Assembly: GCA_963712205.1 (NCBI GenBank)
Contig: CAVQHF010000018.1
Coordinates: 22,173-86,172 of the forward strand
Length of the DNA stretch: 64,000 nucleotides
DNA from: an uncultured Alphaproteobacteria bacterium
GTDB lineage: Bacteria; Pseudomonadota; Alphaproteobacteria; Rhizobiales; Rhizobiaceae
Direction of reading: 5' to 3'
Made by a program: the position numbers and the translations under genes. The notes below the pieces were generated by a model. It was given only the letters and a program-made list of their open reading frames with translations. It was not told the origin of the DNA and searched no databases. Positions 20,137 through 30,850 of this stretch are shown here, piece by piece; the stretch's first letter is position 1, and each line of letters opens with the position of its first letter.

Positions 20137-21660
20137 ATGACCGATACCCGCATCCCGCGCAGAAAAGAGACACTCGACAAGGACCTCGACAAGATCGTCC
20201 GCATGCAGGAAGCGGCCGGTCACGTCTCGCGCGGCTTCGCCGGGCCGGGGTTGGGGCTTCTTTTTATCGCCGCCGCTGCGCTGTTCGCCGCCGTCTATGT
20301 AGCCGGCGGACAGAACAGCGCCCTGATCATCATCGCGGCCATGCTCGGCGGCTACATGGCGCTCAATATCGGCGCGAACGATGTCGCCAACAATGTCGGC
20401 CCCGCGGTTGGCTCCAAAGCCCTGTCGATGCTCGGTGCTCTGGTCATCGCCGCGGTATTCGAAAGTGCGGGCGCGCTGATCGCCGGCGGCGACGTGGTCG
20501 GCACCATTTCCAAGGGCATTATCGATCCGGCAACCGTGGCGGATACCAGCGTCTTCATCTGGGCGATGATGGCCGCCCTCATCTCGTCGGCCCTCTGGGT
20601 CAACCTGGCGACCGTACTCGGCGCGCCGGTCTCGACCACCCACTCCGTCGTCGGCGGTGTCATGGGCGCCGGAATTGCCGCGGCCGGCTTTTCCGCCGTC
20701 AACTGGTCCACCATGGGCGCGATTGCCGCGAGCTGGGTCATTTCGCCGGTTCTCGGCGGCGTCATCGGCGCCGGTTTCCTCGCCTTCATCAAGATCAAGA
20801 TCATCTATCAGGACGACAAGATCGCCGCGGCGCGGCGCTGGGTTCCGGTATTGCTGGCCGTCATGGCCGCCGCCTTCTCGGCCTATCTCGCATTGAAGGG
20901 CCTGAAGAAGGTGATCCACCTCGACAGCCTCCAGATCCTTGTTATCGGGGTGGTTGCGGGTCTGATCACCTATTTCGTGTCCAAACCGGTCATTCACCGC
21001 CAGTCAGAGGGCATGGAGAACCGCAACCAGTCGGTGCGCAAACTGTTCAACGTGCCGCTGATCTGTTCGGCCGCGCTGCTCTCCTTCGCCCATGGCGCAA
21101 ACGACGTCGCCAATGCGGTCGGTCCGCTCGCGGCTGTCGTCCATACCGCCGAGGCCGGCGAAGTCCTCGCCAAGGTGTCGATCCCCTACTGGGTCATGCT
21201 GATCGGCGCCGCCGGCATCTCCTTCGGGCTGTTGCTGTTCGGACCGAAATTGATCCGCATGGTCGGCGAGCAGATCACCAAGCTCAATCCGATGCGCGCC
21301 TATTGCGTCGCGCTTTCGGCGGCGGTCACGGTCATCGTCGCCTCCTGGCTCGGCCTGCCGGTGTCGTCGACCCATATCGCCGTCGGCGCGGTCTTCGGCG
21401 TCGGGTTCTTTCGTGAATGGTACACGTCGAAATCGCAGCGCCGCCGCGATTACATGACCCGCAAATACAACAGGCGCCGCCCGAATGGCGCCGCCGCCAA
21501 CACCGTCCCGGCCCCCGCCGCGCCACCGGAGGAGGCCCGCCGCCGCATGCTGGTGCGCCGGGCGCATTTCACGACGATCATCGCCGCCTGGATCATCACG
21601 GTGCCCGCGGCGGCCGTTCTGTCGGCGGTCATCTTCATTCTGCTGGATGCGGCCTTCTAG
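20137..21660 (+). CDS. PiT-family inorganic phosphate transporter
   Basis: Two GANDVAN signatures, PVSTTHS and PVSSTH. Confidence 0.95.
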   Translation: MTDTRIPRRKETLDKDLDKIVRMQEAAGHVSRGFAGPGLGLLFIAAAALFAAVYVAGGQNSALIIIAAMLGGYMALNIGANDVANNVGPAVGSKALSMLGALVIAAVFESAGALIAGGDVVGTISKGIIDPATVADTSVFIWAMMAALISSALWVNLATVLGAPVSTTHSVVGGVMGAGIAAAGFSAVNWSTMGAIAASWVISPVLGGVIGAGFLAFIKIKIIYQDDKIAAARRWVPVLLAVMAAAFSAYLALKGLKKVIHLDSLQILVIGVVAGLITYFVSKPVIHRQSEGMENRNQSVRKLFNVPLICSAALLSFAHGANDVANAVGPLAAVVHTAEAGEVLAKVSIPYWVMLIGAAGISFGLLLFGPKLIRMVGEQITKLNPMRAYCVALSAAVTVIVASWLGLPVSSTHIAVGAVFGVGFFREWYTSKSQRRRDYMTRKYNRRRPNGAAANTVPAPAAPPEEARRRMLVRRAHFTTIIAAWIITVPAAAVLSAVIFILLDAAF

Positions 21661-21679
21661 CGCCGCTATACCGCTTTCC

Positions 21680-22384
21680 ATGCGCCCGCTTACGACCATC
21701 GCCTTCGACGCCGACGACACGCTCTGGCAAAATGAGCGTTTCTTTCACGACAGCCAGCAGCGTTTCGCCGAACTCCTCGACGCTTTCGCTGATGCCGAAA
21801 AAGTCGGACAGGCCCTGACCGCCGCCGAACGCAGGAATATCGGATTCTACGGTTTCGGCGTCAAAGGCTTCACCCTCTCGATGCTGGAAACGGCGACCAC
21901 GCTTGCCGGAGACGAATTGCCGGCATCGACCGTCCGCGAGATCCTTTCGCTCGGCAAGGCCATGCTGGAGCATCCGGTGGAAATTCTTCCCGGTGTCGTC
22001 GACGCGCTGGAGGTGCTCAAGGACGACTACACCCTGATGGTGATCACCAAGGGCGACCTGTTCGATCAGGAGCGCAAGCTTCTCCAGTCCGGCCTGCAGG
22101 ATCATTTCGACCATGTCGAAATCGTCTCCGACAAGACGCCGGAAATCTATCGCCGCGTGTTCGACCGCCACGGCCAGGGCACGGCGCGCTCGATGATGAT
22201 CGGCAATTCCCTGAAATCCGACATCCTGCCCGCGCTGGAGGCCGGCAGCTGGGCCGTGCATGTGCCGCACGACCTCACCTGGGCGCTGGAACATGCCGAC
22301 GAGCCGGAGGATCATCCGCGCTATCGCCGCGCCAGCAATCTCGGCTCGGTTCCCGCCCTGATCGCGGGACTTGGCGATGATTGA
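21680..22384 (+). CDS. HAD-superfamily hydrolase
   Basis: FDADDTLW, ITKGD, MIGNSLKSDI. Confidence 0.9.
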   Translation: MRPLTTIAFDADDTLWQNERFFHDSQQRFAELLDAFADAEKVGQALTAAERRNIGFYGFGVKGFTLSMLETATTLAGDELPASTVREILSLGKAMLEHPVEILPGVVDALEVLKDDYTLMVITKGDLFDQERKLLQSGLQDHFDHVEIVSDKTPEIYRRVFDRHGQGTARSMMIGNSLKSDILPALEAGSWAVHVPHDLTWALEHADEPEDHPRYRRASNLGSVPALIAGLGDD

Positions 22385-22387
22385 TCG

Positions 22388-23380
22388 CTACTCGCCGGGA
22401 ACGGGCGCGTCTCCGGATGGTGTCAAGCCACTGGCGCCCGGCAGACCCGGCATGCCGGCCTGGTCGGGATGCAGCCGCACATAGTCCGCCTTGAGCTCTT
22501 CCGACCCCTTGCGGCTGCCGTCATGGCTCCATCCCGGCGGCATGAACAGGTAACCCATGCGCTGATTGAACGTCAGGCCCGGCTGGAATGCATCGCGCAG
22601 CATCGAGATCCACTCGTGGAACGCCACCTTTAACGGATTGAACGTACCGATATTCTTGACGATGCCATAGCGCGGCATGTCTTCCGCGAGCTCCTCCACG
22701 AATGAGCCGAACATCCGGTCCCAGATGATCAGCACGCCGGCAAAATTGGCGTCGAGATAACGCGGATTGGTCGCGTGATGGACGCGGTGATGCGACGGCG
22801 TGTTGAAGATCAATTCGATTGGCCTCCACATCTTGCCGATCGCTTCGGTATGGATCCAGAACTGGTAGACGAGGTTGAAGCCGAAAGTGAACGCGATCAC
22901 AGCCGGATGCAGGCCGAGCAGCACAAGCGGCGCCTGAAGAACGAACATGCCGGTAAACAGCCCCGTCCACGACTGCCTGAGCGCCGTCGACAGGTTGTAG
23001 TGCTGGCTGGAATGATGATTGACGTGCTCGGCCCATACCCAGCGCACGCGGTGGGCGATGCGGTGGTACCAGTAGTAACGCAGATCATCGAGCAGGAAGG
23101 CCGCGACGAACACCCACCAGTGCAGGCCGAGATCGAAGACGCGATACTGCCACACCCACACAAGCGCCGTGTAGGACACGACGCCGAAAACCATGCCGGC
23201 AATGACGTTGCCGGTCCCCATCAGCAGCGAGGTGAGCGTGTCGCGCGTCTCGAAACCGGCCTTGTTCTTGGCATGGGTAAGCTTCAGCCAGGCCAGTTCC
23301 ACCAGCATCGCGAGGATGAAGAACGGGATCGCGAACTGCGTCACGTCGGGAAAGTTCGGGATGACTTGGCCCAGATCCAT
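22388..23380 (-). CDS. Sterol desaturase / fatty-acid hydroxylase family protein (alkylglycerol monooxygenase-like)
   Basis: His boxes YWYHRIAH, HVNHHS, FWIHT, PSHHRVHH and WDRMFG. Confidence 0.9.
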   Translation of the reverse strand: MDLGQVIPNFPDVTQFAIPFFILAMLVELAWLKLTHAKNKAGFETRDTLTSLLMGTGNVIAGMVFGVVSYTALVWVWQYRVFDLGLHWWVFVAAFLLDDLRYYWYHRIAHRVRWVWAEHVNHHSSQHYNLSTALRQSWTGLFTGMFVLQAPLVLLGLHPAVIAFTFGFNLVYQFWIHTEAIGKMWRPIELIFNTPSHHRVHHATNPRYLDANFAGVLIIWDRMFGSFVEELAEDMPRYGIVKNIGTFNPLKVAFHEWISMLRDAFQPGLTFNQRMGYLFMPPGWSHDGSRKGSEELKADYVRLHPDQAGMPGLPGASGLTPSGDAPVPGE

Positions 23381-23820
23381 CACGCTGCTCGCTTGTTGGC
23401 AACATTGTCGAGTGTCGAGGCGAACATGTCCGCGACCGTCCTCGCGGTTTCGCTGTCGGCGAAACGCATATGCGCGCGCGGCCAGGTGATGTCGCCTGTA
23501 TTCAAATCGACACCGCCGTCTTCCGCCGCGCTCGCCACGGCGGCCATTTCGCCGCGATTGACGAAACGGGTGAGGTACTTGCTGCCGACTGCGTGAACCA
23601 GGCCGACATGACCGTCGGCCAGTTCAAGAACCGCGTCGCGCCGGTCGCTCGAAAGGATGCACCGGAGCACGTCGACTTCCGGATAATCGATCATGAAGCG
23701 GTCAAGCGCGGCATCTGTATCTGCAATCTCGGCAACACGCGACCCGCCGGACAAATGCACGGCAAGCACCACCAGGGCGATTCCTCCGGCGACGACCGCC
23801 ACGAGAACAGTCAAAGGCAA
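23380..23820 (-). CDS. Hypothetical protein with an N-terminal transmembrane helix
   Basis: Hydrophobic N-terminus, GGGAGG RBS, stop overlapping the next start. Confidence 0.7.
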   Translation of the reverse strand: MPLTVLVAVVAGGIALVVLAVHLSGGSRVAEIADTDAALDRFMIDYPEVDVLRCILSSDRRDAVLELADGHVGLVHAVGSKYLTRFVNRGEMAAVASAAEDGGVDLNTGDITWPRAHMRFADSETARTVADMFASTLDNVANKRAA

Positions 23821-23934
23821 GCGCGGCTCCTCCCTCGTTTACCGGCGCGACTTTACCAATTTTGACCTTAACGTCAAAGTCAATTGACGCGGATGCAGAG
23901 GATGACCAGAGTTGCCTCCCGCAGGAAGACATAA

Positions 23935-24778
23935 TCAGCCCGTCATCGCCCGGCGCAGGAACCGCCAGTGAATGCGTATCGGCGACAGGGTGACGGGATC
24001 GAGTGCATGCGCCGTGCCGTTCTTTTCGGCGCGCCGCAGAACCGGCTCGACGACGGCGAGAGGCAGGAAAGCGGGGCGCAGGCGCCTGTCGAGAGGCGCC
24101 AGCGCGGCTTCCGCCTTGTCGAGATGCTCACGGCCCAGCGCGGCAAGGATCGACGTCACGCGCGCGAGTGCCCCGCGATCGTCCCCCGCCAGCCAGCCGG
24201 CCGCATCCGTTCCGGCGGCCGCGAGAATATCTCCGGGCACATAGACCTGCCCGCGCCGGCGATGCAGCGGCCGCGAGCCGCAGCAGACCGCTGATCCCGT
24301 AAGCGACGCCCGCATGTCCTGCCGCCTCGGCGGCTTTCGCGCCTGTGTCCGCATCCAGTATCAGCGCGGAAAGCTGGAACAGCGCCGAGGCCGTTTCGCC
24401 GAGATACCCTTCCAGCGACGCACGGTCGGGCATCGGATCGTTGTAGAGATCGAAGATGCGGGCCTCGACGAGATTGGCCAGCGCCTTTGCGGACAGGCCA
24501 TGCGCTTCCTTCGCGTCGAGCAGCGCCGCGCCGACCGGATGTTGCCGCCCCTCGCCTTCGCGCTCCCCGGTTACGACCTCGCGCCACCATTGCAGCCGTA
24601 TCTCGCCCGGCATCGGCTCGGAAACCAGATCGCGCACGCGCGCGGTTTCCAGGTTGAACGCATAGAGGGCTGCCAGCGCCGCCCGCCTGTCTTCCGGCGA
24701 AAACAGGACGGTCAGGTAGCGCTCGCGGTCGCCTTCGCGCAGAAGGCCCATACAGTGCTGGAAAGGATCAGGGTTCAT
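23935..24778 (-). CDS. Phytoene/squalene synthase-like protein (NDUFAF6 homologue), frameshift near 24270
   Basis: DRERYL, LYAFNLE, GEIRLQWW, then RRRGQVYVP and PAFLPLA in the next frame. Confidence 0.85.
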
Positions 24779-25163
24779 CGACCGCGATCAGGGCGGCGGC
24801 CACCGCCCGGTCCTCGGCGAGAAGGACGTTGTAGGTTCTCACCGCCGATCCCGTGCTCATCGCGTCCGTAACGATACCCTGTTCGCGAAGCGCCGCCTGC
24901 AGGTCGGGCGGGACACGCCGGAATTCTCCGCCCATGCCGACGAGCAGGACCTCGATGCCGTCGGCTTCCGCGAATACCCGTGCAAGCGTTTCGGCGGTAA
25001 CGTCATCGGCATCGGTCGCGTCCCATCCGTGCACGCCGGATGGCAGGCACAGGATCGAGCCGCGATGCGACATGTCGGCAAAACGGAACCCTCCGGCGCC
25101 ATAGGCATCGATCGGAGGCCGGCCCGGGAAATGCGCCTCGCGGATTTCTATCCCTTTGGCCAT
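24768..25163 (-). CDS. Mth938-like / DUF498 protein (NDUFAF3 homologue)
   Basis: IDAYGAGGF, MSTGSAVRTYNVLLAEDRAVAAAL. Confidence 0.9.
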   Translation of the reverse strand: MAKGIEIREAHFPGRPPIDAYGAGGFRFADMSHRGSILCLPSGVHGWDATDADDVTAETLARVFAEADGIEVLLVGMGGEFRRVPPDLQAALREQGIVTDAMSTGSAVRTYNVLLAEDRAVAAALIAVDEP

Positions 25164-25173
25164 CGCGCCCGCG

Positions 25174-27741
25174 TCAGGAGGTTTCGAGGTCGGCGGCCTT
25201 GGTGCCGGACGTCGCCTGTTTCTCGCTGTCGTCGCGGTCAAGCGCGCCGGGACGCAGCCTGAACAGGATCAGCAGCGGCGCGGCGATGAAGATCGACGAA
25301 TAGGTGCCGACCACGATACCGAAAATCATCGCGGTGACGAAGGATCGCAGCACTTCCCCGCCGAAGAAGAACAGCGCGATCAGCGCCAGTACCGTCGTCA
25401 ACGAGGTCAGGATCGTGCGCGGCAGCGTCTGGTTCATCGACAGGTCGAGCAGTTCCGGCAACGGCATTTTCTTGTAGCGCCGCAAATTCTCGCGGACGCG
25501 GTCATAGACGACCACCGTATCGTTCAGCGAATAGCCGACGATGGTCAGGATCGCCGCGATACTCGACAGGTTGAACTCGAGGCCCGTCACCACATACATG
25601 CCGATCGTCAGCAGCACGTCATGCGTGGTCGCGACGATCGCGCCGACGGCGAACTGCCATTCGAACCGCAGCCAGATATAGACCAGGATCGCGAACAGCG
25701 CCGCCACCACGGCGATGGTGCCGGCCTGCGCCAGTTCCCCGGACACGGTCGGCCCGACGACTTCCACGCGCCGGAAATCGTAATCGGATTCCAGCTCGCC
25801 GCGCACCTTGGTGATGACGGACTGCTCGGCGTTTTCGCCGCCGCCCTGTTCCTCGACGCGGATCAGAACGTTGCGGTCGCCGCCGAAGCCCTGCACCTGG
25901 ACGTCGCCCAGATTGAGCCCGGAAAGCCGGCTGCGGATATCGCCGATATCGGCTTTTTCGGCCTTGGCCTGAACCTCGATCAGCGAACCGCCCTTGAAGT
26001 CGATGCCGAGATTCATGTTGAACACGCCGAACAGGACCATCGAGGCGATCACCGCCACGGCGGAGCCGGTAAACGTGACCCGCCGCAGCCACATGAACGC
26101 GATGCGCGTACCATCCGGAACAAAGGTCACCGGCCCGCGCGGCAACTCCTTGGGCTTCTGACGCCGCACCCACACGGCGATCAGCCAGCGGGTAAAGACG
26201 AAGGCCGTGAAGACGGTCGTGACGATACCGACGGCGAGCGTCACAGCGAAGCCGCGAATCGGACCGGAGCCGAGATAGAAAAGGATGACCGCGGCGATCA
26301 GCGTCGTCAGGTTGGCGTCGACGATCGTCGCCAGCGCGCGCTGGAAGCCGATGTCGATGGACTGGATCACCGAGCGCCCGCTCGCCCGCTCCTCGCGGAT
26401 GCGCTCGAAGATCAGAACGTTGGAGTCGACCGCCATGCCGATGGTCAGGACGATGCCGGCGATGCCGGGCAGCGTCAGCGTCGCGCCGAGCCCCGACAGC
26501 GCCGCCATGATGAGGATCACGTTGGCGGCAAGCGCGATATTGGCGACGAAGCCGAGGAAGCCATAGGCCAGGAACATGAAGCCGACGACGAGCGCCGCGC
26601 CGATGATGCCGGCAAACTCGCCGGCGGCGATCGAGTCCGCGCCGAGGCTCGGGCCGACCGTGCGCTCCTCGACGAAGGTCGGCGTCAGCGGCAGCGCGCC
26701 CGCCCGCAGCAGGATGGCGAGGTCGTTGGCGCCTTCGACGGTAAAGCTGCCGGAAATCTGTCCGGATCCGCCGAGGATCGGCTCGCGGATGACCGGGGCG
26801 GAAATCACGTGATTGTCGAGAACGATCGCGAAGGGCCGGCCGACATTTTCCTGCGTCGCGCGGCCGAAGCGCTGCGCGCCCGTGCCGTCGAAGCGGAAGG
26901 AGACGATCGGCTCGTTTGTCCGCTGGTCGAAGCCGGCCTGGGCGTCCTCGAGGTTCTCGCCGGTCACGATCTCGCGCGTTTCGACCAGATAGGGAACCGG
27001 CGGATCGTCCTGCGAATAGAGGATTTCGTCGCCCGCGGGCGGGCGGCTCTTCAGCGCATCCTCGACCGACATCGAGGTGTCGACCATCTGGAAGGTCAGC
27101 CGCGCCGTCGTGCCGATCAGGTCCTTCAGGCGCTGCGGATCGTTGAGACCCGGCACCTGCACGATGACGCGGTCCGTGCCCTGGCGCTGAATGACCGGCT
27201 CTGTCGTACCGAGCTGGTCGATACGTCCGCGGATGACCTCCACGGTCTGGGAGACCGCCTGCGACATGCGGTAGTCGATGCCCTGGTCCGTGATATTCAA
27301 TTCGAACAGGCCGGGCTCCGGCTCGTCGATCGTCACTTCCTGCAGGACGCCGCCCGAAAGCAGCCCCGCTGAAACCGACTGCGTCAGCGGCTCGAGCGCT
27401 TTCTTGGCCTTTTCGATGTCGCCGGCATCGCGAACGCGAACGGTCACCTTCTGGCCCTTGCCGCTAAGGCCCGTGTAACCGATGCCCGCTTCACGCAGAA
27501 GCCGGCGAACCTCGTCGCGCACCGATTCAAGCCGGTGTTCGACCAGTTCCTTGCGGTCCAGCTTCAGCTGCAGATGGACACCGCCCTGGAGATCGAGGCC
27601 GAGGGCGACCTTGCTGTGCGGCAGAAAACTCGGAAACGATTGCAATGTGGTGTTGGAAAACAGGTTGGGCGCCGCAAACAGGACGCCGACCAGGACCGTC
27701 AACCAGATGAGAGCCGTTTTCCAGGGTGAGAAGTAGAGCAT
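25174..27741 (-). CDS. secDF: Fused protein translocase subunit SecDF
   Basis: LGLDLQGG, GMAVDSNVLIFERIRE, LGIDFKGG, GYSLNDTVVVYDRVRE. Confidence 0.97.
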   Translation of the reverse strand: MLYFSPWKTALIWLTVLVGVLFAAPNLFSNTTLQSFPSFLPHSKVALGLDLQGGVHLQLKLDRKELVEHRLESVRDEVRRLLREAGIGYTGLSGKGQKVTVRVRDAGDIEKAKKALEPLTQSVSAGLLSGGVLQEVTIDEPEPGLFELNITDQGIDYRMSQAVSQTVEVIRGRIDQLGTTEPVIQRQGTDRVIVQVPGLNDPQRLKDLIGTTARLTFQMVDTSMSVEDALKSRPPAGDEILYSQDDPPVPYLVETREIVTGENLEDAQAGFDQRTNEPIVSFRFDGTGAQRFGRATQENVGRPFAIVLDNHVISAPVIREPILGGSGQISGSFTVEGANDLAILLRAGALPLTPTFVEERTVGPSLGADSIAAGEFAGIIGAALVVGFMFLAYGFLGFVANIALAANVILIMAALSGLGATLTLPGIAGIVLTIGMAVDSNVLIFERIREERASGRSVIQSIDIGFQRALATIVDANLTTLIAAVILFYLGSGPIRGFAVTLAVGIVTTVFTAFVFTRWLIAVWVRRQKPKELPRGPVTFVPDGTRIAFMWLRRVTFTGSAVAVIASMVLFGVFNMNLGIDFKGGSLIEVQAKAEKADIGDIRSRLSGLNLGDVQVQGFGGDRNVLIRVEEQGGGENAEQSVITKVRGELESDYDFRRVEVVGPTVSGELAQAGTIAVVAALFAILVYIWLRFEWQFAVGAIVATTHDVLLTIGMYVVTGLEFNLSSIAAILTIVGYSLNDTVVVYDRVRENLRRYKKMPLPELLDLSMNQTLPRTILTSLTTVLALIALFFFGGEVLRSFVTAMIFGIVVGTYSSIFIAAPLLILFRLRPGALDRDDSEKQATSGTKAADLETS

Positions 27742-27868
27742 GTCGCTTCTGTCCGCCTTCAAAGATTACCCGGCCGGATCGGTCGGTCGGGCCGCACCGC
27801 GTCGAGCGTGCGGCCGCACCTGCTACGTCGAATGCGCCATTAAAATGGCGCGCAAGCCTCGACGTGCC

Positions 27869-28219
27869 TTATTTTTTCGTCGTGTCGTTTGCGGCCACCG
27901 GCTCGCCCTTGACCCGCACTTCGGCGATCATCGCGCGCATCACCCGGACCTTGACGTTCTGGGCGATTTCCACTTCCAGTTCGTGATCGTCGACCACCTT
28001 CGTGACCTTGCCGACGATGCCGCCGCTGGTCACGACCGTGTCGTTGCGGCGGATCGCCTTGAGCATCTCCTCGCGCTTTTTCATCTGGCCGCGCTGCGGG
28101 CGGATGATGAGGAAATACATCACCACGAAAATCAGCAGGAAGGGCAGGATGCTCATGATGACATCAGCGCCGCCGGCGGAACCGCCGGCTGCCTGTGCAT
28201 AGGCAGGTGTTACAAACAT
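27869..28219 (-). CDS. yajC: Preprotein translocase subunit YajC
   Basis: MYFLIIRPQ, VVTSGGIVGKV. Confidence 0.95.
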   Translation of the reverse strand: MFVTPAYAQAAGGSAGGADVIMSILPFLLIFVVMYFLIIRPQRGQMKKREEMLKAIRRNDTVVTSGGIVGKVTKVVDDHELEVEIAQNVKVRVMRAMIAEVRVKGEPVAANDTTKK

Positions 28220-28354
28220 GAAATACTCCGTGGATGCGTGCCGCGGCACGCCTTGAAAATTTGTCGCGAATATAGTCAGCAAAACCCCCAATGCAACCAA
28301 AAGCGGGAACTGATTGCGGCCTGGCGCCGCGCAGCCCCCGCGAAGGGAACCGCC

Positions 28355-29229
28355 ATGCCGGATACCACCGCCGTACTGAACGAAAAACTCGACCGGTTGA
28401 TCGCCGCACTGGAGCGAATGGCGCCGCCCCCGCCACACGCGCCCGACTTTGCGTCAAGCGAGTGTTTCGTCTGGGATGCGGCGGCCGCGGCGCTCGCCCC
28501 GGTACCGGTCGTCAACCGCGTCGAGATCGGTCTTATCCGCGGCGTCGACCGGGTTCGCGACATCCTTCTCGACAATACGCGCCGCTTCGCCGACCGCCTC
28601 CCGGCCAACAACGTGCTGCTGTGGGGCGCGCGCGGCATGGGCAAGTCGTCGCTCGTCAAGGCCGCTCACGCCACCATCATGGCCGAAAGCGGGCACCTCC
28701 CTGAAGCTGATCGAGATCCACCGCGAGGACATCGACGCCCTGCCCCGGCTGATGCACATGCTGAAACCGTCGCAGAGCCGCTTCATCGTCTTTTGCGACG
28801 ATTTGTCTTTCGACCAGGACGACACCTCCTACAAGTCGCTCAAGGCGGCCCTCGACGGCGGCGTCGAAGGGCGTCCGGACAACGTGATTTTCTACGCCAC
28901 CTCGAACCGCCGCCACCTGCTGCCGCGCGACATGATCGAAAACGAGCGGTCGACCGCGATCAATCCGTCCGAGGCGGTCGAAGAAAAGGTTTCCCTTTCC
29001 GACCGCTTCGGCCTCTGGCTCGGCTTCCACAAATGCAGCCAGGACGAATATCTGGAGATGGTCGAGGGATATGTCGGCCACTACGGGCTCGACATCGATC
29101 GCGAGGAATTGCGGCGCGACTGCCTCGAATGGGCGACGACGCGCGGCAGCCGCTCGGGCCGCGTCGCCTGGCAATATGTCAACGATCTCGCGGGCCGGCT
29201 CGGAAAGCGGCTGGAGCCGGCGAGGCTAG
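28355..29229 (+). CDS. DUF815 AAA+ ATPase (frameshift near 28690; end inferred at TAG 29227-29229)
   Basis: NNVLLWGARGMGKSS, FCDDLSF, YATSNRRHL, SLSDRFGL, GSRSGRVAWQ. Confidence 0.85.
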
Positions 29230-30732
29230 TCCAGATAGCTGACCGGATTGACCGGCGCCGAGTTCTTGCGCACCTCGAAATGCAGCTGCGGCTGCTTCGC
29301 AGACCCGGACATCCCCGACGCCGCGATCTGCTGGCCGCGCTTGACGTCCTGGCCGCGCTTCACATCGATGTCGGATACATGGCCGTAAACGGTCACGATT
29401 CCGTCGCTGTGGCGAACGAGAATGGTCTTGCCGAGTTCCTTCAGCCCGTCGCCGGCATAGATCACCACGCCGTTTTCAGCCGCCTTGACCGGCGTGCCCG
29501 ACGGAACCGAGATGTCGATGCCGTCATTCGGCTTGCCGCCATTGTTGGAGCCGAACGCGCTGATCACGCGCCCCTGAACCGGCCAGCGCATGGCGCTGAC
29601 GCCGGTGACGTCGGGCGCCTTCGCCGTAACCTGCGTCTCGATCTTGGTAATCGAGTTTTCCGTTGATTTGGCGGCCGGTTTCGGCGGCGTATAGCCGGTG
29701 ACGTCCTTCGACGTTACCGGCGCGGACTTGACGGTGCTGGTTCTGATCGGATCGACATTCGCGGTCGAGGCGACCCTGGTCGGCTCGGAAGCCGACAGGC
29801 CGGGAATGACCAGCGTCTGGCCGATACGCACGGTATCGGAGCTCATGCTGTTGACCCGCTTGATCGAATCCATGCTCGCACCGGTCCGCCGCGAAATCGC
29901 GGAGAGCGTGTCGCCGGCAACGACCGTATAGCGCCCGCCATCGGCAGCGACGGCTTCGCGTGCCGCAGGAGCCGAATGCGACGGCTCGTGTTTTCGGCCG
30001 CGATTGCGGTGCCGGCGCGCGGTTGAGAGCCGCTGAATTGCGATTTCCGATCGTCGAACTCGCAGCCCGCGTTGCCGGATTGCGGTCGGGCGCCGAAACG
30101 CCGACGCTGCGCGAATAGACATAGGTCGGGATCAAGATGCGCTGTCCGGCGGAGACGGACTTCGGATCGGAAATGCCGTTGGCTTCCATGATCGCATTGG
30201 CCGGGACGCCGTAGCGCCTGGAGAGATTGTAGATCGTCTCGCCTTCGCGCATCGTCACCTGCGTTCCGCCGGCGGTCGACCAGCCCTCTTTCGAGGTCGT
30301 CGATGCCGGGGCCGACTTGTTGCCGAAACGGGACGGCTCGGGAGCGACGGACGCCGTCGTCATCGGCGAGACGTTGGCCGGAGCGCTGGGCGCGGGGCTT
30401 GCGGCACGAGCCGCGGCGGCAACAGGCGCTGCAGGGTGCGGGGTCGGCGCCTGCGCGCCCTCCGAGGGGCGCGGAAGCGCGGCGCGCTGCACGGATTGCG
30501 GCGCAATGCTGCTGGTGGTCGCCTGGTCGACATTCGGATTGTAGTTTGGCTGTCCGTAGCTGGCCGGGCTCTGCGCCTGCACTTCGGCCTGCTGCGGAAT
30601 GGCACCGGTGTAGAAACCGTCGGAAAAGCGGATCACGTCCGAGCTGCACCCGGTCACGAGGCCACCAATGGAAAGAATCGTCGCCGCCTTCATAAGGCGC
30701 AACATTTTCCGACTTGTGATTTTCATACGCAT
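29226..30732 (-). CDS. LysM/M23 peptidoglycan hydrolase-like lipoprotein (NlpD/DipM type), frameshift near 29990
   Basis: Lipobox VTGC, two LysM domains (GETIYNLSRRYGV; GDTLSAISRR), M23 domain NDGIDI...YGH...LHFEVRK. Confidence 0.9.
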
Positions 30733-30766
30733 CACGCCACTCACATCGCTTCGGATCACGGCATGA

Positions 30767-30833
30767 TTAAAGCGCGTTAATGTTACTGCCCGGTTAAGCC
30801 GATGTTACGGAAATCGAGTCCGTCCGGCGATTC
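30767..30833 (-). promoter_or_regulatory. Cluster of CtrA-type sites and GANTC sites upstream of the LysM/M23 gene
   Basis: TTAC-N7-TTAA-N7-TTAC (30783-30808), TTAA-N6-TTAA (30767-30780), GAGTC 30816, GATTC 30829. Confidence 0.65.
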
Positions 30834-30850
30834 CACCCGTTTCGGAGCGG

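Noticed and set aside
23935-24778. Carotenoid or hopanoid biosynthesis cluster (synthase-like gene plus desaturase)
   Set aside because: The synthase-like protein lacks obvious DDxxD motifs and sits in the usual secDF-Mth938 context; no other crt or hpn genes are present.
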